A program made the position numbers and the translations under genes. The notes under the pieces are model-generated. The model searched no databases and was not told the DNA's origin. It worked only from the letters and a program-made list of their open reading frames with translations. 51,374 bases of DNA from an uncultured bacterium. GTDB lineage: Bacteria > AUK180. Shown piece after piece: positions 9,457 to 18,898 of this stretch. Where the stretch lies: contig CALMGJ010000014.1 in assembly GCA_937863565.1 (NCBI GenBank), positions 87,817-139,190 of the forward strand, in the 5' to 3' direction. The first letter of the stretch is position 1. Each line of letters begins with the position of its first letter.

Positions 9457-9966
9457 TTAATATTTATACGGCCAGTATTCGGGATGTTCGCGCCTGATCT
9501 TGGCGATCTCTGCGGGCGTCATCATGGAGAGGTCGAATCTCGGGTTCTCGGCCGGGGTCTGCAGTTCATCGGCCGTCACGGCATTTGATGCGGCGCCGGC
9601 AGCGCCCTTTATGGCGGCGCCGGGCAGGCCGCCGAATATATACCCGAGATTGCCCGCCGCGCCGAGTATGGCATTGATGATGGAATCGCGCTTTTTTTGC
9701 GCCTCCTGTTTTTCGGCGAGGTCCTTGGCCTCTTTCATCCGTCGTTCCTGGAGCCCGATCTCGGCCACATCTATATTGTATTTGGCGAAAAGATCGGTAA
9801 GGCTTTTGGCCATTGCATCGGAGTATGCGCTCGAATCGAGTGTTCCCCGTTTTGCCATTTCCGTTGCGATGGCCTCGGAGATCTCTTTTTTTGAGCTTCT
9901 CATATTTTCGGCGAGCGCCGCCTTGATGCTGTCATATTCGCTCATATATCTCTCCTTTTTTGACAT
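9457..9966 (-). CDS. Probable small ejection/DNA-pilot protein
   Basis: 169 aa, G/A-rich hydrophobic segment (ILGAAGNLGYIFGGLPGAAIKGAAG), AKRG..DSS motif, and position. Start may be the second ATG. Confidence 0.6.
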   Translation of the reverse strand: MSKKERYMSEYDSIKAALAENMRSSKKEISEAIATEMAKRGTLDSSAYSDAMAKSLTDLFAKYNIDVAEIGLQERRMKEAKDLAEKQEAQKKRDSIINAILGAAGNLGYIFGGLPGAAIKGAAGAASNAVTADELQTPAENPRFDLSMMTPAEIAKIRREHPEYWPYKY

Positions 9967-9990
9967 TCTTCATTTTTCATTCTTCTTTTT

Positions 9991-12906
9991 TCATCTTCCC
10001 CTCACGACCTTTCCCTCCATTTCTATACTGCGCACGGCGAGGTACTTCGTCGCATCGATCATGATGTCGATATTTCTCCCCTGGACGGTATGGGGGACCC
10101 TGCCCCTCTGTTTCCCGAGGCTCCGGCTGTGGTTCTTAACGGTGAGCGTTCCGGAGGCCTCAAGGTTCATCTTTTCCGCGTCCACGACTATTTCGTCATA
10201 TATGGTGTATTTTGTGCTTTTGGACAGCATCTTATACCTGATGTCGTCTCCTTTTCCTATACGTATCAGATAATGCTGGTCGCCCGTGTATCTGTACAGG
10301 ATGGTATCCTCCCATACAGCCTCTATTTCCATGATGGTATCGTCGGATATTATGTCCGCCGGCATCCATTCGCGCGTCGCGGGATCCCACAGCAGCGTGT
10401 ACCCGCCGGAATGGTATATGAGCGCGTATTTCCCGTCGATATTCGTTGCCGTGATCTTCAGCCCCTTATATCCCGTCACTGTTTTGTATATGATATTGAA
10501 TCCCGTTATCCGGTCCGGGAGCAGTCCCTTGTTCGTTACGATCTTGAATCTCCAGTATTTTTTCGTTTCGCTGTCTGAAGTATAGATTTTCTTCCAGTCG
10601 AACTCGGTCCAGGACGGCGTCCATCCCGGTGTCGTGGAATTTGAATAATATACTGTGGTCTCTATATCGCCGCCGTATAATCCGTATGCCCCGTCTGCGA
10701 TCGCCTGCTCCCTGATGACCTCGAATGACACCATGCTGGTGAGATCCGACAGGTACACTTCGTCCGTTATATATTCGTAATTGCTGGCATGGCTTTTATA
10801 AGCGTATTTAATATTAAGCTGCGTTGTCCCGGGTACCGATTGCGATACCCTGTTGTTCGTGTCGTTTTTGAAAACGGGTATTTCGGTATCGAATATTCCC
10901 CAGGCGGCCTCCGATAAGGCGTAACTTTTGAATTTCAGAAAAAATTGGTTTGTGGGGCTCCCCAGTACTTTTCTGATATACAGGGCTTTTTCGTCTCCGG
11001 TATCGTATGCGGCAAGATCGTTCCATTGCCATGGATAATCGTATCTTATACTGCCTATACTCTCGCTCTGTACGGACATTTTCTCCCATTCTCCGCGCGC
11101 GAGGAACACGGATATTGTTCCGTCGCCGAATGTACGGGCGAAATAAACAACTATATCGTCGCTGACAAACGCCGCTCTGGCGATCACGTTCGTTGCCGGG
11201 GATATGTATGTTTTATTCGTGTGTGCGGATGTTTCGAATATATACAGTTTTTCCGTCCCGCCGGTATCGTATGTATATCCGCTATAATATGTGTCCGTGA
11301 GTATTTTCGAAGCCAGGAACCAGTATGCGGCGTCCTTATACCGTACGCTCCATATCCGCACTTTTTCGCCGCTTATGGAAGCGGGGGTTCCGAGGTTGAA
11401 CGATGTATCGTAATACTTGATCCCCGTAGCCTCCGACCCGCCCGAGTATTCCACCGCGGACCAGTACAAGCGGCTGTTAGCAACGTCGGCGGGGAAATAT
11501 TTCAGGGTATTTGTCGCCGCGGTTGAAAGCGTTGTAGCGGTGATCTCATAATACGGGCTCGCTACGGGAAGCAGATAGCTCATGCTCATTTTTATTATCT
11601 TGGAATAATTTCCGGAAACATATGAATTGGCGAATATAACCCAGTTCGAGCCGAATACGCGTATCTGGATATGGTATCTGTCCCCGATTATGACTTTATT
11701 ATATTCCTTGAATATCCCCCCCCGGTTGATCACCACCGTGTCGATGCCGGTGATATAAGTAGACCCTTTGCTCGCCTGCCAGACCATAGCGTATGCCACC
11801 CAGCGGTTGTCCAATATCGGCATGCAGTTCACATATTCCTTTTTCACTGCCTCTCCGCCCACCGTATATGTTCCGGATATCGTATCAGATCCCGCCGTTT
11901 GCTTAACATATAATTTGTCGGGCGCATTGTATGTATAATCCGCCGGCAATCCCGCGCGCATGTTCAAGGGGTCGCTGAATGAATCGTTTATCGCGCTCAT
12001 CAGATTTTCGGGCGTGTTCTGTGTCAAATAATTCTCTATCTTGCCCGATATTTTATATGGCGCCCTTCCGGGGTATACGATATATACCTGATTGTCTTCT
12101 CCCATGAATACGAACGCCTTCCCGACCTCGGCGATTGAGCGCGGCACGCATCCGATCGAGGAGATCCTTTTATTTGTGTATCCGCTGGCCGGGAAATTCT
12201 GCAGTATATGAACATCTGTGCTTCTGAAAACATACGCCGTCGGTTCCACGGTCCCGTCCTTCATTCCGAGGAAAGTGCCGATCCCGACGATCTGGCCCTC
12301 CTTGGCGGATACCGCGAGGGACCCGGCAGCCCAGTCGTACGGCGTGCCGGTGGAGCCCCATTTAACCGTGTTCTTATATCCTGTGAAATTTGCTCCGACA
12401 AGTAGCCCCTGATGAATGCACAGATATTTTGACCCGTTCGTCTGGCGCTGCGTGAGGGTGTCTGAGCTGGTCGTGTCTATTTCCCAGAGCCCGTCGCTTT
12501 TTGTGCTGAAATATATCCGGTCATTGAGCATTACGAACGCTTGGCTTTCGACTATTTCGGCGAACTCCAGAGCACTGCCCCCGTTCATTACTATTCCCCA
12601 GCGGTCATGCTCATATGATTTCGCGAAGCGGTATTTGCCTGCAGCCCCGTCCCAGTATTGGGCGAGATAGTAATTCACCCCGTTTGAATTTTCGAAATGC
12701 GCCCAGGTATAGATATCGTAATTTTCGAGTACGGGATTGGTCGCCGATAACTGCTGCTTGATCTCGGTCGCGTTCCCGGCCTCATATCCCGGCCTCAGGT
12801 TCCCGGCTTCGTCGATCGAAAAGACAAGTTTCTGCTCGGTTCCGAGCGGTACCGACATATTATCGGCTTCATTAAGCCCGGGGAACTTGTCAATTCGGAG
12901 CCTCAT
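9991..12906 (-). CDS. Tail nozzle / packaged-DNA stabilization protein (P22 gp10 / tubular-B-like)
   Basis: 971 aa, N-terminal F.GLN motif, beta-propeller-like composition, IGCVPRSI motif, follows the adaptor gene. Confidence 0.65.
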   Translation of the reverse strand: MRLRIDKFPGLNEADNMSVPLGTEQKLVFSIDEAGNLRPGYEAGNATEIKQQLSATNPVLENYDIYTWAHFENSNGVNYYLAQYWDGAAGKYRFAKSYEHDRWGIVMNGGSALEFAEIVESQAFVMLNDRIYFSTKSDGLWEIDTTSSDTLTQRQTNGSKYLCIHQGLLVGANFTGYKNTVKWGSTGTPYDWAAGSLAVSAKEGQIVGIGTFLGMKDGTVEPTAYVFRSTDVHILQNFPASGYTNKRISSIGCVPRSIAEVGKAFVFMGEDNQVYIVYPGRAPYKISGKIENYLTQNTPENLMSAINDSFSDPLNMRAGLPADYTYNAPDKLYVKQTAGSDTISGTYTVGGEAVKKEYVNCMPILDNRWVAYAMVWQASKGSTYITGIDTVVINRGGIFKEYNKVIIGDRYHIQIRVFGSNWVIFANSYVSGNYSKIIKMSMSYLLPVASPYYEITATTLSTAATNTLKYFPADVANSRLYWSAVEYSGGSEATGIKYYDTSFNLGTPASISGEKVRIWSVRYKDAAYWFLASKILTDTYYSGYTYDTGGTEKLYIFETSAHTNKTYISPATNVIARAAFVSDDIVVYFARTFGDGTISVFLARGEWEKMSVQSESIGSIRYDYPWQWNDLAAYDTGDEKALYIRKVLGSPTNQFFLKFKSYALSEAAWGIFDTEIPVFKNDTNNRVSQSVPGTTQLNIKYAYKSHASNYEYITDEVYLSDLTSMVSFEVIREQAIADGAYGLYGGDIETTVYYSNSTTPGWTPSWTEFDWKKIYTSDSETKKYWRFKIVTNKGLLPDRITGFNIIYKTVTGYKGLKITATNIDGKYALIYHSGGYTLLWDPATREWMPADIISDDTIMEIEAVWEDTILYRYTGDQHYLIRIGKGDDIRYKMLSKSTKYTIYDEIVVDAEKMNLEASGTLTVKNHSRSLGKQRGRVPHTVQGRNIDIMIDATKYLAVRSIEMEGKVVRGR

Positions 12907-13047
12907 CGCGGCCCTCCGCGCCTCAATATGTGTAAATATTTACATATACGCATTAAAATTAAAATCCTTTCATATTTTGATTTAGCCGCGTTTTCTTGCC
13001 CCGGGGTATATCCGAATATCCCCCTCCGCCGGGCGCAGGCCCTTAAA

Positions 13048-13066
13048 TGTTTCCAATTTGGCAACA
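13048..13066. repeat. Isolated copy of the 19-bp replication-gene repeat
   Basis: TGTTTCCAATTTGGCAACA, identical to the copies at 32511, 32543 and 32565. Confidence 0.9.
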
Positions 13067-13080
13067 TTTCCCGCTGTCCA

Positions 13081-13168
13081 TCTTTCTTCACTCTTATCTT
13101 CTCATTCCTCATCCTTCTTTTCCCATTTTTCATTCTTCATTTATCATCTTTCATTTTTCATTCTTCAC
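13081..13168. repeat. Degenerate heptamer tandem repeat (TTCATTT/TTCATTC)
   Basis: tttcattcttcatttatcatctttcatttttcattcttcac; similar arrays at ~9437-9457, ~9964-9995 and ~50265-50295. Confidence 0.75.
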
Positions 13169-13773
13169 TATCTTACCCTCGGGCTTCCGAATTTTATCCT
13201 GGCGGTCCGCCCTGCGCCGTATTTTCCGCAAAGGCCGTCGAATTCCCTTTTGGCTATCATTGCGCTGTTTATATTCCCCTCGGCGCTTTGGCACATATAC
13301 GCGGTATACCAGACCGGAGCCATGTGGTATTCGGCTTCCACGGCGGGCTCGTCGTCCTCATCGGAGAGATTTTCGGGCAGCACATATGCGCGCACGGAAA
13401 GCGTATCCGCCGCGTCGAGCTCGGGCCAGATATACAGTCCCTGCCCGCTCTTATACCACCGGCACGTATTGTATCCGAGATCGTGCCTTTCAATGTCCGG
13501 GATCTCGTTTTCCTTGATCTCGGCATAGATATTGCCGTCGCTGTCCTCCACGGAGATCACCCCGTTTCTCAGAACGGAGTTATCGGTGTAGAAGGTATTT
13601 TCCGTATCCGGCGTATAGGCGAAGGATATTGTATCCGCATAACAGCGCGTTTGAGCGGCGAATTCCTGCATTCCCCGGTTCAGGAACACGGTCAGCTCAG
13701 CGTCGGTGAACCGCTCCCCGTTCCCGTCCAGTACCAGCGCCCTTGTCGCCGTGATCATTTCCGAAAGCGTCAT
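13168..13773 (-). CDS. Head-tail adaptor (tubular protein A-like)
   Basis: MTLSEMI..R...D....RFTDAEL..FLNRG N-terminus and IWPEL/EP....YH.A.V.Y motifs typical of podovirus adaptors. Confidence 0.7.
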   Translation of the reverse strand: MTLSEMITATRALVLDGNGERFTDAELTVFLNRGMQEFAAQTRCYADTISFAYTPDTENTFYTDNSVLRNGVISVEDSDGNIYAEIKENEIPDIERHDLGYNTCRWYKSGQGLYIWPELDAADTLSVRAYVLPENLSDEDDEPAVEAEYHMAPVWYTAYMCQSAEGNINSAMIAKREFDGLCGKYGAGRTARIKFGSPRVR

Positions 13774-13913
13774 ATCCGTCTCCTCTTCTTAATTCTCAAT
13801 TCCCCCCAACCACTAACCTCCGGCCCCTAACCTCTCTTATCCCGGTACGGGCTGAGCGAACCGCAACGAGACAAGTCAAGTCCGTCCGCCCGCCCGCCCG
13901 GGACGAAAGGGGG

Positions 13914-14366
13914 TTATGAGAAAAAAGCGATTATCGCCTGTTTTATTTCCTTCTCGTTCTTGCCGTCGATATCGGCTTTCAATACGCCGATCTTCGTGGC
14001 ATAATCGTACAGTTCCTGGCCTTTGAGGTATTTGATCTCCCTCTGGACATTTGCGAGATTCCTCTCCTGTGAGAGCTTCTCCTCTTCGGCGAGGCGTTTT
14101 GCCTCTTCGGCCTCATGGGTGCGGATCTGCTCATCGAGCTCCTTTTTCGCCTCGGCCTCGGCCTTGGCGCGCGCCGCCTTCTCCGCAGCCTCGATCTTTC
14201 TCTTCACATCTTCGTTTATGAAACCGTATGTTTTGGCGTCGTATCCCTCCGTATCGATTAATATTTTCGCCACCCGCAAGTTATCCACTTCGGTTGGGCG
14301 GTTCCTTATGAAGACATAGCCGTATTTCCGCAATACTGCGGGCGCTTTTGTGTGTAGTATTTTCAT
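13914..14366 (-). CDS. Hypothetical phage protein
   Basis: 150 aa, AGGAGG SD, charged coiled coil with a small C-terminal helical domain. Confidence 0.7.
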   Translation of the reverse strand: MKILHTKAPAVLRKYGYVFIRNRPTEVDNLRVAKILIDTEGYDAKTYGFINEDVKRKIEAAEKAARAKAEAEAKKELDEQIRTHEAEEAKRLAEEEKLSQERNLANVQREIKYLKGQELYDYATKIGVLKADIDGKNEKEIKQAIIAFFS

Positions 14367-14391
14367 ATCTTTCCTCCTTTTATCCTGAAAT

Positions 14392-14443
14392 AAAAAAAAG
14401 AACTGCCCGCCCTAAGGCGCATTGCTAAGAGGCGGGGCGGGCA
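14392..14443 (-). terminator. Rho-independent terminator after the capsid gene
   Basis: GC stem tgcccgccc...gggcgggca followed by a U-tract on the - strand; second hairpin at 14454-14477. Confidence 0.65.
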
Positions 14444-14517
14444 TGTTCGAAAAGGGGCCCCGCCCCGGCAGGGCCCCGATAGTGTTTCCGGCATTTTCCC
14501 CGGAGTCCTCTCCGGTA

Positions 14518-15753
14518 TTATGCAAGGTCGTTCTTTATGCCCCAGTGTACGGCGTGCCTTTTGACATTTCTGAGCACGGGCGTGCCTATGTAGAGCAGCT
14601 GGTCCTTTCTTACCAGCGAATCATTCCCCTGAATGTTCTGGAGAAGGACCAAGTCCGTATTCTGATATTTCCCGGTTTCCACGGCGGCCTCGATCGGGAA
14701 CGAATATATCTCGAGATCGTCTATATCGAAACCGATCGCCATATTCTTATATCCCGGCACCGTAGCGCCGAGGCTGTCGTCCATCTCTCTGGATTCATAC
14801 AGATATATGGTCTTGCCCATAAGGTCGACCTTCTTAAAATTAACCCCGAACACTTCTATGTTCGGTGCCATCTGTAGATTGGTCAATCCCAGCCCCATAA
14901 CGCTCCCGATCCATTCATTGGAAGCCATTACCACCTTCGGTTTTCCCGAGGTGGTGCCGTACTGATAGAGCGCGGTCAAAAACTCCCATAATTTCCCTTT
15001 TGTCAGGGCTGTATTTGCGCCGCCGGATGTGTGGTCGACGACCGTTCCGCCGCGGCTATATATCTGCTTGTAAATGCCCTCGCATAACCACAGTGAATTG
15101 GCCGCGTCGCTTTTGTATTCTCCGTATAGCCATGAGCGCTCGATCTTTCGCGCGAGCTCGATCAGCGCATTCCGCCTCATGCTGTCCCTGGTATTTTTAT
15201 CAACGCCCTGGAGTACTGCATTCGCGGTGAAGTAATCGGCTTCTATGACATGATCGAATATCTGCATGGCCTGCTTTCGCTCATTCTCCGCTTCGTTCTT
15301 CCCGTCTCCGGCCGTGGCGATTGCGGTATTGCCGGGTCCCAGTATCTTCAAATAGTCGCCTGTCGATACCGTCGAAGCCCCGTCGGTAGCCACAAGGGTG
15401 ATTGTGTTATTTACCGTATCTACAGCGCTTACGCGGTAGGTGTGGCGGTCATTTTCCTCTTCAACAGTATCGCCGACTTTGAAATACTTATAGTCTCCTG
15501 CGACGGATAGCGGGACCACGGGCCATGCGGATACCGTACCGGCCACGAACGAGCTCTTGAGAGCATCCTGCTCGGCCCATGAAATATCGGGGTCATAGTG
15601 CATGATGCGCTTTGCTTTCGGAAATTTCTCTCCCATCAGGATCATGGCGAATAAACCCACGTCTCCGATGAGGTGCTGGATCTTGTCCCTCAGGAAATAT
15701 GCTCTGCGACCCGTTAGGACATCACTGAATACTCTTGTGCCAGATGTTACCAT
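14518..15753 (-). CDS. Major capsid protein (SU10/DUF5309-like)
   Basis: 411 aa after the scaffold gene; W.EQD, beta insertion domain, QIF, ELARKIERSWLYGE and EGI motifs; followed by a terminator. Confidence 0.8.
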   Translation of the reverse strand: MVTSGTRVFSDVLTGRRAYFLRDKIQHLIGDVGLFAMILMGEKFPKAKRIMHYDPDISWAEQDALKSSFVAGTVSAWPVVPLSVAGDYKYFKVGDTVEEENDRHTYRVSAVDTVNNTITLVATDGASTVSTGDYLKILGPGNTAIATAGDGKNEAENERKQAMQIFDHVIEADYFTANAVLQGVDKNTRDSMRRNALIELARKIERSWLYGEYKSDAANSLWLCEGIYKQIYSRGGTVVDHTSGGANTALTKGKLWEFLTALYQYGTTSGKPKVVMASNEWIGSVMGLGLTNLQMAPNIEVFGVNFKKVDLMGKTIYLYESREMDDSLGATVPGYKNMAIGFDIDDLEIYSFPIEAAVETGKYQNTDLVLLQNIQGNDSLVRKDQLLYIGTPVLRNVKRHAVHWGIKNDLA

Positions 15754-15765
15754 GGCATCCTCCTT

Positions 15766-16593
15766 TTATGCCTCGCCGAAATAATTGTCCATTTCCGGCG
15801 GGGTGTTTTTTATCGGTTTTTCCCTTCCGCCCTGCATAAATGTCCCCTTTGCTTTCTCGAATGATTCGGTCCGCCAGATCCGGAACGCTTTGGCGATAGC
15901 CTCTTTCGGCCGGCCGTCTATGTGATGTTCGCGGATGATCCGCGCGATCTCGCGGTCGTCGGGCGGCTCGGCGCCGTCAGCCTGTACTGCTTCCCGCTCG
16001 GCGCGCACGGCTGCGGCCAATTCCACGCTCAGCGCCTCCTGCTTCTGCATTTCGGCGTCGTGTTCGGACTGTATCTTTTTGAGCTCCTCGGCAAAGGCCT
16101 TCTTCTTTTCCGCCTCGAATTTTTCATATTCGTCGCGGGTGAGAAAAAGGTTCTTGTCATTGCCCGCGGTATCTTTGCCCTCTTCCTTCTTCGGCTCCTT
16201 TTTTCTGAACTCGTACAGATCGGAGTCGAGGTCCTCTTCTTTTTCCACGGCGTACTTCTTCATCCTTGCCGCCCAGCGTTTCCGCGCCTGGACCGCGTCC
16301 TTCACTGTTTTTTCCATGGTCTTCAGATACTCCGAGGCCTCTTTCTCATCGGCAAAACGCCCGAGATATTTCGGCTCTTCGGGTGTCTTCTCCGGAATCG
16401 CCTCTGTTTCGGGCGCGTTTCCCGCTATCCCGAACCAATCCCCTATGCCGTCCGGCTCATTTTCCGCGGCCGTATCCGGGGCATTTTCTCCGGTCTTATC
16501 CGGCAACTTCCCCGGAGTCCGCTCCGGCAACTTCCCTTCGTCTTCCAGTCCCATGTTAGGCCTCTTCGGGTCCCGCTTCCAGGGCGTCCGCAA
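15766..16593 (-). CDS. Scaffolding protein
   Basis: Acidic, P-rich N-terminus, KYLGRF motif, coiled coil; between portal and capsid. Confidence 0.7.
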   Translation of the reverse strand: MRTPWKRDPKRPNMGLEDEGKLPERTPGKLPDKTGENAPDTAAENEPDGIGDWFGIAGNAPETEAIPEKTPEEPKYLGRFADEKEASEYLKTMEKTVKDAVQARKRWAARMKKYAVEKEEDLDSDLYEFRKKEPKKEEGKDTAGNDKNLFLTRDEYEKFEAEKKKAFAEELKKIQSEHDAEMQKQEALSVELAAAVRAEREAVQADGAEPPDDREIARIIREHHIDGRPKEAIAKAFRIWRTESFEKAKGTFMQGGREKPIKNTPPEMDNYFGEA

Positions 16594-16795
16594 GCGCCGC
16601 GGAATCCATTTCTGCGGGCTCTGTTTTCTCGGTGGCGGCGGTTTCTTCCAAAAGAACGCTTTCTATCTTGAGCGACTTGACCGCTCCGGCAACGCCTTCC
16701 ACGGTGCCGTCGATTATAAGGCGTATTTTTGCGCCCGGCTCGACGGCGTTCATATCCGGGAATTCTATCCCGGAGATCTCCACTTTGCTTTTCAT
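16556..16795 (-). CDS. Hypothetical phage protein
   Basis: 79 aa, AGGAG SD, ATGA overlap with the upstream gene. Confidence 0.65.
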   Translation of the reverse strand: MKSKVEISGIEFPDMNAVEPGAKIRLIIDGTVEGVAGAVKSLKIESVLLEETAATEKTEPAEMDSAALADALEAGPEEA

Positions 16796-17043
16796 GTTCT
16801 CTCCTTTGATTTTTCCGCTAATATTTTTGCGTATCGTCTGTATTTCTTCAGCTCCCCGATCACGTTCTTCATGCCGTCGGCGTAGCCCCGTGCGTATTCG
16901 GGGGTATCCTTCTGCGCGGAGGTGGCATATGAGAACACCAGCGCCTCAAGCACCGTTTCGAGATCGTCGCCGATATTTTCGAGGCCTTTCGCCAGCCGGT
17001 ACATTCTCTTGTCCGGGAAATCCTGTTGCACCCATATTTTCAT
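16792..17043 (-). CDS. Hypothetical phage protein (post-portal small protein)
   Basis: 83 aa, ATGA overlap with portal, YARGYADG motif. Confidence 0.65.
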   Translation of the reverse strand: MKIWVQQDFPDKRMYRLAKGLENIGDDLETVLEALVFSYATSAQKDTPEYARGYADGMKNVIGELKKYRRYAKILAEKSKERT

Positions 17044-18605
17044 TGTTCGCCTCCGTGCGCTGCGGCTCCGGCTTCCGCCTGGCTCGCGAGATCGGTAGCG
17101 GCTCTGCTTTTCTGCGCTCCCATGGCGCCGATCAGGGCGGCCATCGGGTTCCCGGGCATCGATTCCGCGCCGGCGGAGGGATTCTGCTGCGCTGCGGCCT
17201 GCGCGGCCACTTCGAGCTGTTTCTTTTCTCTGGTTGACAGAAGGAAAAGATCGGGATCATGTCCCGATTCCTTCGCTATATATTCTATGATCGATCTTAT
17301 GTCTATGTATTTGCGTTCCGGGTCGAGGTTCATGAGCGTCATCGCGATCTTCGTGAAATCGTCTATGCGCATCTTGCGGGTGATCTCGCCCACGCCTCCG
17401 CCGTTCCATAAAAGATCCAGCCCGGTCATATCGGCGTCGGCCATTTGCAGGCACAGGTCTGCCACGGACATGAAAAAGTCGCCGATCTTCATCAACACCC
17501 GGTTGATCCGCAAATTCGCGTTCTGCGTCATTATGTTCACAACGGTTGCGTATTCCTGTCTCTGCAGCGATCCGCCCACGGCTATATCGAAATTCCCGGT
17601 TACCTCTTTCAGTTTCTGGTTCACGAGGTTATTGGTGAAAACCGCCGCATTGCTCATATCCGGCACTTTCATGAATTCCGGTATATCGTCTTTGCTGGAT
17701 ACCTGAAAGATCTTTCCGGCCACGATCTCGAACTGATCGGGGAGGCTGCGGTCTGAGGTGAACCCGACCGGACGGGACACCATGTCCTTATTGTCCAGCA
17801 TGAGGTTCAGGTTGTCTATATTGAGATTTATTATGTCTTCCGCGATCTCGAGTATCCCCTTGCCGTAGACGGTATCGTTCCCGGTCCTGTAGAGGTTCTG
17901 GACGAACACCGGTATCCGTCCGAACTCGTTTTTCGCGTTGCGCACCACATATGCGGAGTCGATCACGGACAGGACCGTCCCCTTGTCCCAGTACTCGTAC
18001 ATCGTGAACTGTTTTTTATGTTCGTCTATTGCGCTGGAGATCTTCTCTTTTGCGTATCTTTCAAAATCCGCCCCCGGCTCGTATACGGGATTATCGGCGA
18101 TATCGCGGTATGAGACCTGGATCTTACGGCATATCCAGCCTATATTGTCCGGCTCCGTCGCGTCGGGGTCTATGATGAGGTTCTCGAACTCTTCATATCC
18201 GAATGTCCCGTCCGGGGAGACGGTGGCGGCCATATTCCCTTTTATGAACAATGCGGACAAGAACATCTCCAGGCGCGCGCGGAAACGGCTCCGCTTGAAG
18301 ATCGAGTCCGCGATATTCTGTATTTTCCGCGCCTTTTCCGAGAGTCCCTTTTCGCGTGCGATCACCGTCGCCGGCCTCGGATTTGAAAGGAGCGTATCCT
18401 CCGTTCTGGCCAGCAGGTTCTCTATCTCCTGGAACGCGCGGGGATCATAGACATCGTTTGCCCCCGAATACTTCTTATGATCTTCGTCCCGGTCATTATT
18501 GTAGTATCCCTGCATCCGTTCGGATCGAGTCTTGTATTCCGTTTGCGTCGATTCCGCCTCTTTTATTGATGCCAGAATGATGTTTATTTCCTTTTTTTTC
18601 TTCAT
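17040..18605 (-). CDS. Portal protein
   Basis: 521 aa after TerL; IDPDA, YEYW, N.FGRIP, YGKGI motifs and a Q/A-rich C-terminal barrel. Confidence 0.85.
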   Translation of the reverse strand: MKKKKEINIILASIKEAESTQTEYKTRSERMQGYYNNDRDEDHKKYSGANDVYDPRAFQEIENLLARTEDTLLSNPRPATVIAREKGLSEKARKIQNIADSIFKRSRFRARLEMFLSALFIKGNMAATVSPDGTFGYEEFENLIIDPDATEPDNIGWICRKIQVSYRDIADNPVYEPGADFERYAKEKISSAIDEHKKQFTMYEYWDKGTVLSVIDSAYVVRNAKNEFGRIPVFVQNLYRTGNDTVYGKGILEIAEDIINLNIDNLNLMLDNKDMVSRPVGFTSDRSLPDQFEIVAGKIFQVSSKDDIPEFMKVPDMSNAAVFTNNLVNQKLKEVTGNFDIAVGGSLQRQEYATVVNIMTQNANLRINRVLMKIGDFFMSVADLCLQMADADMTGLDLLWNGGGVGEITRKMRIDDFTKIAMTLMNLDPERKYIDIRSIIEYIAKESGHDPDLFLLSTREKKQLEVAAQAAAQQNPSAGAESMPGNPMAALIGAMGAQKSRAATDLASQAEAGAAAHGGEQ

Positions 18606-18898
18606 TTGCCGTCTCGGTTCATTTCCTCTAACAGGATCTCGATCCTGTACAGGCGCTTGTCCATGGCCGTCTGGCTCCGTTCTATGTTCTCGATCTTCTC
18701 ATACACGTGCTCGAGCCGGTCTGTCTTCTCGGCGTATTTTTCGAGTTTTCCCCTGTCCGTTGCCGTGAAGAGGATGGCGAGGATGATGGGCACGGCAAGC
18801 GCGCCTATGATCCATGTCATGGCCGAGAACTTTACCGCTATGCCCTTCTGGGCTTCTTTGCAGACCTTCGCCGTTACCGGCATATCTTCGTTCGTCAT
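18602..18898 (-). CDS. Small membrane protein (one TM plus coiled coil)
   Basis: 98 aa, TM WIIGALAVPIILAILF, ATGA overlaps on both sides. Confidence 0.65.
   Translation of the reverse strand: MTNEDMPVTAKVCKEAQKGIAVKFSAMTWIIGALAVPIILAILFTATDRGKLEKYAEKTDRLEHVYEKIENIERSQTAMDKRLYRIEILLEEMNRDGK

Noticed and set aside
12903-13133. 76 aa ORF between adaptor and nozzle
   Set aside because: It starts inside the heptamer repeat and runs through the iteron copy; the composition is repeat-derived and I saw no SD.
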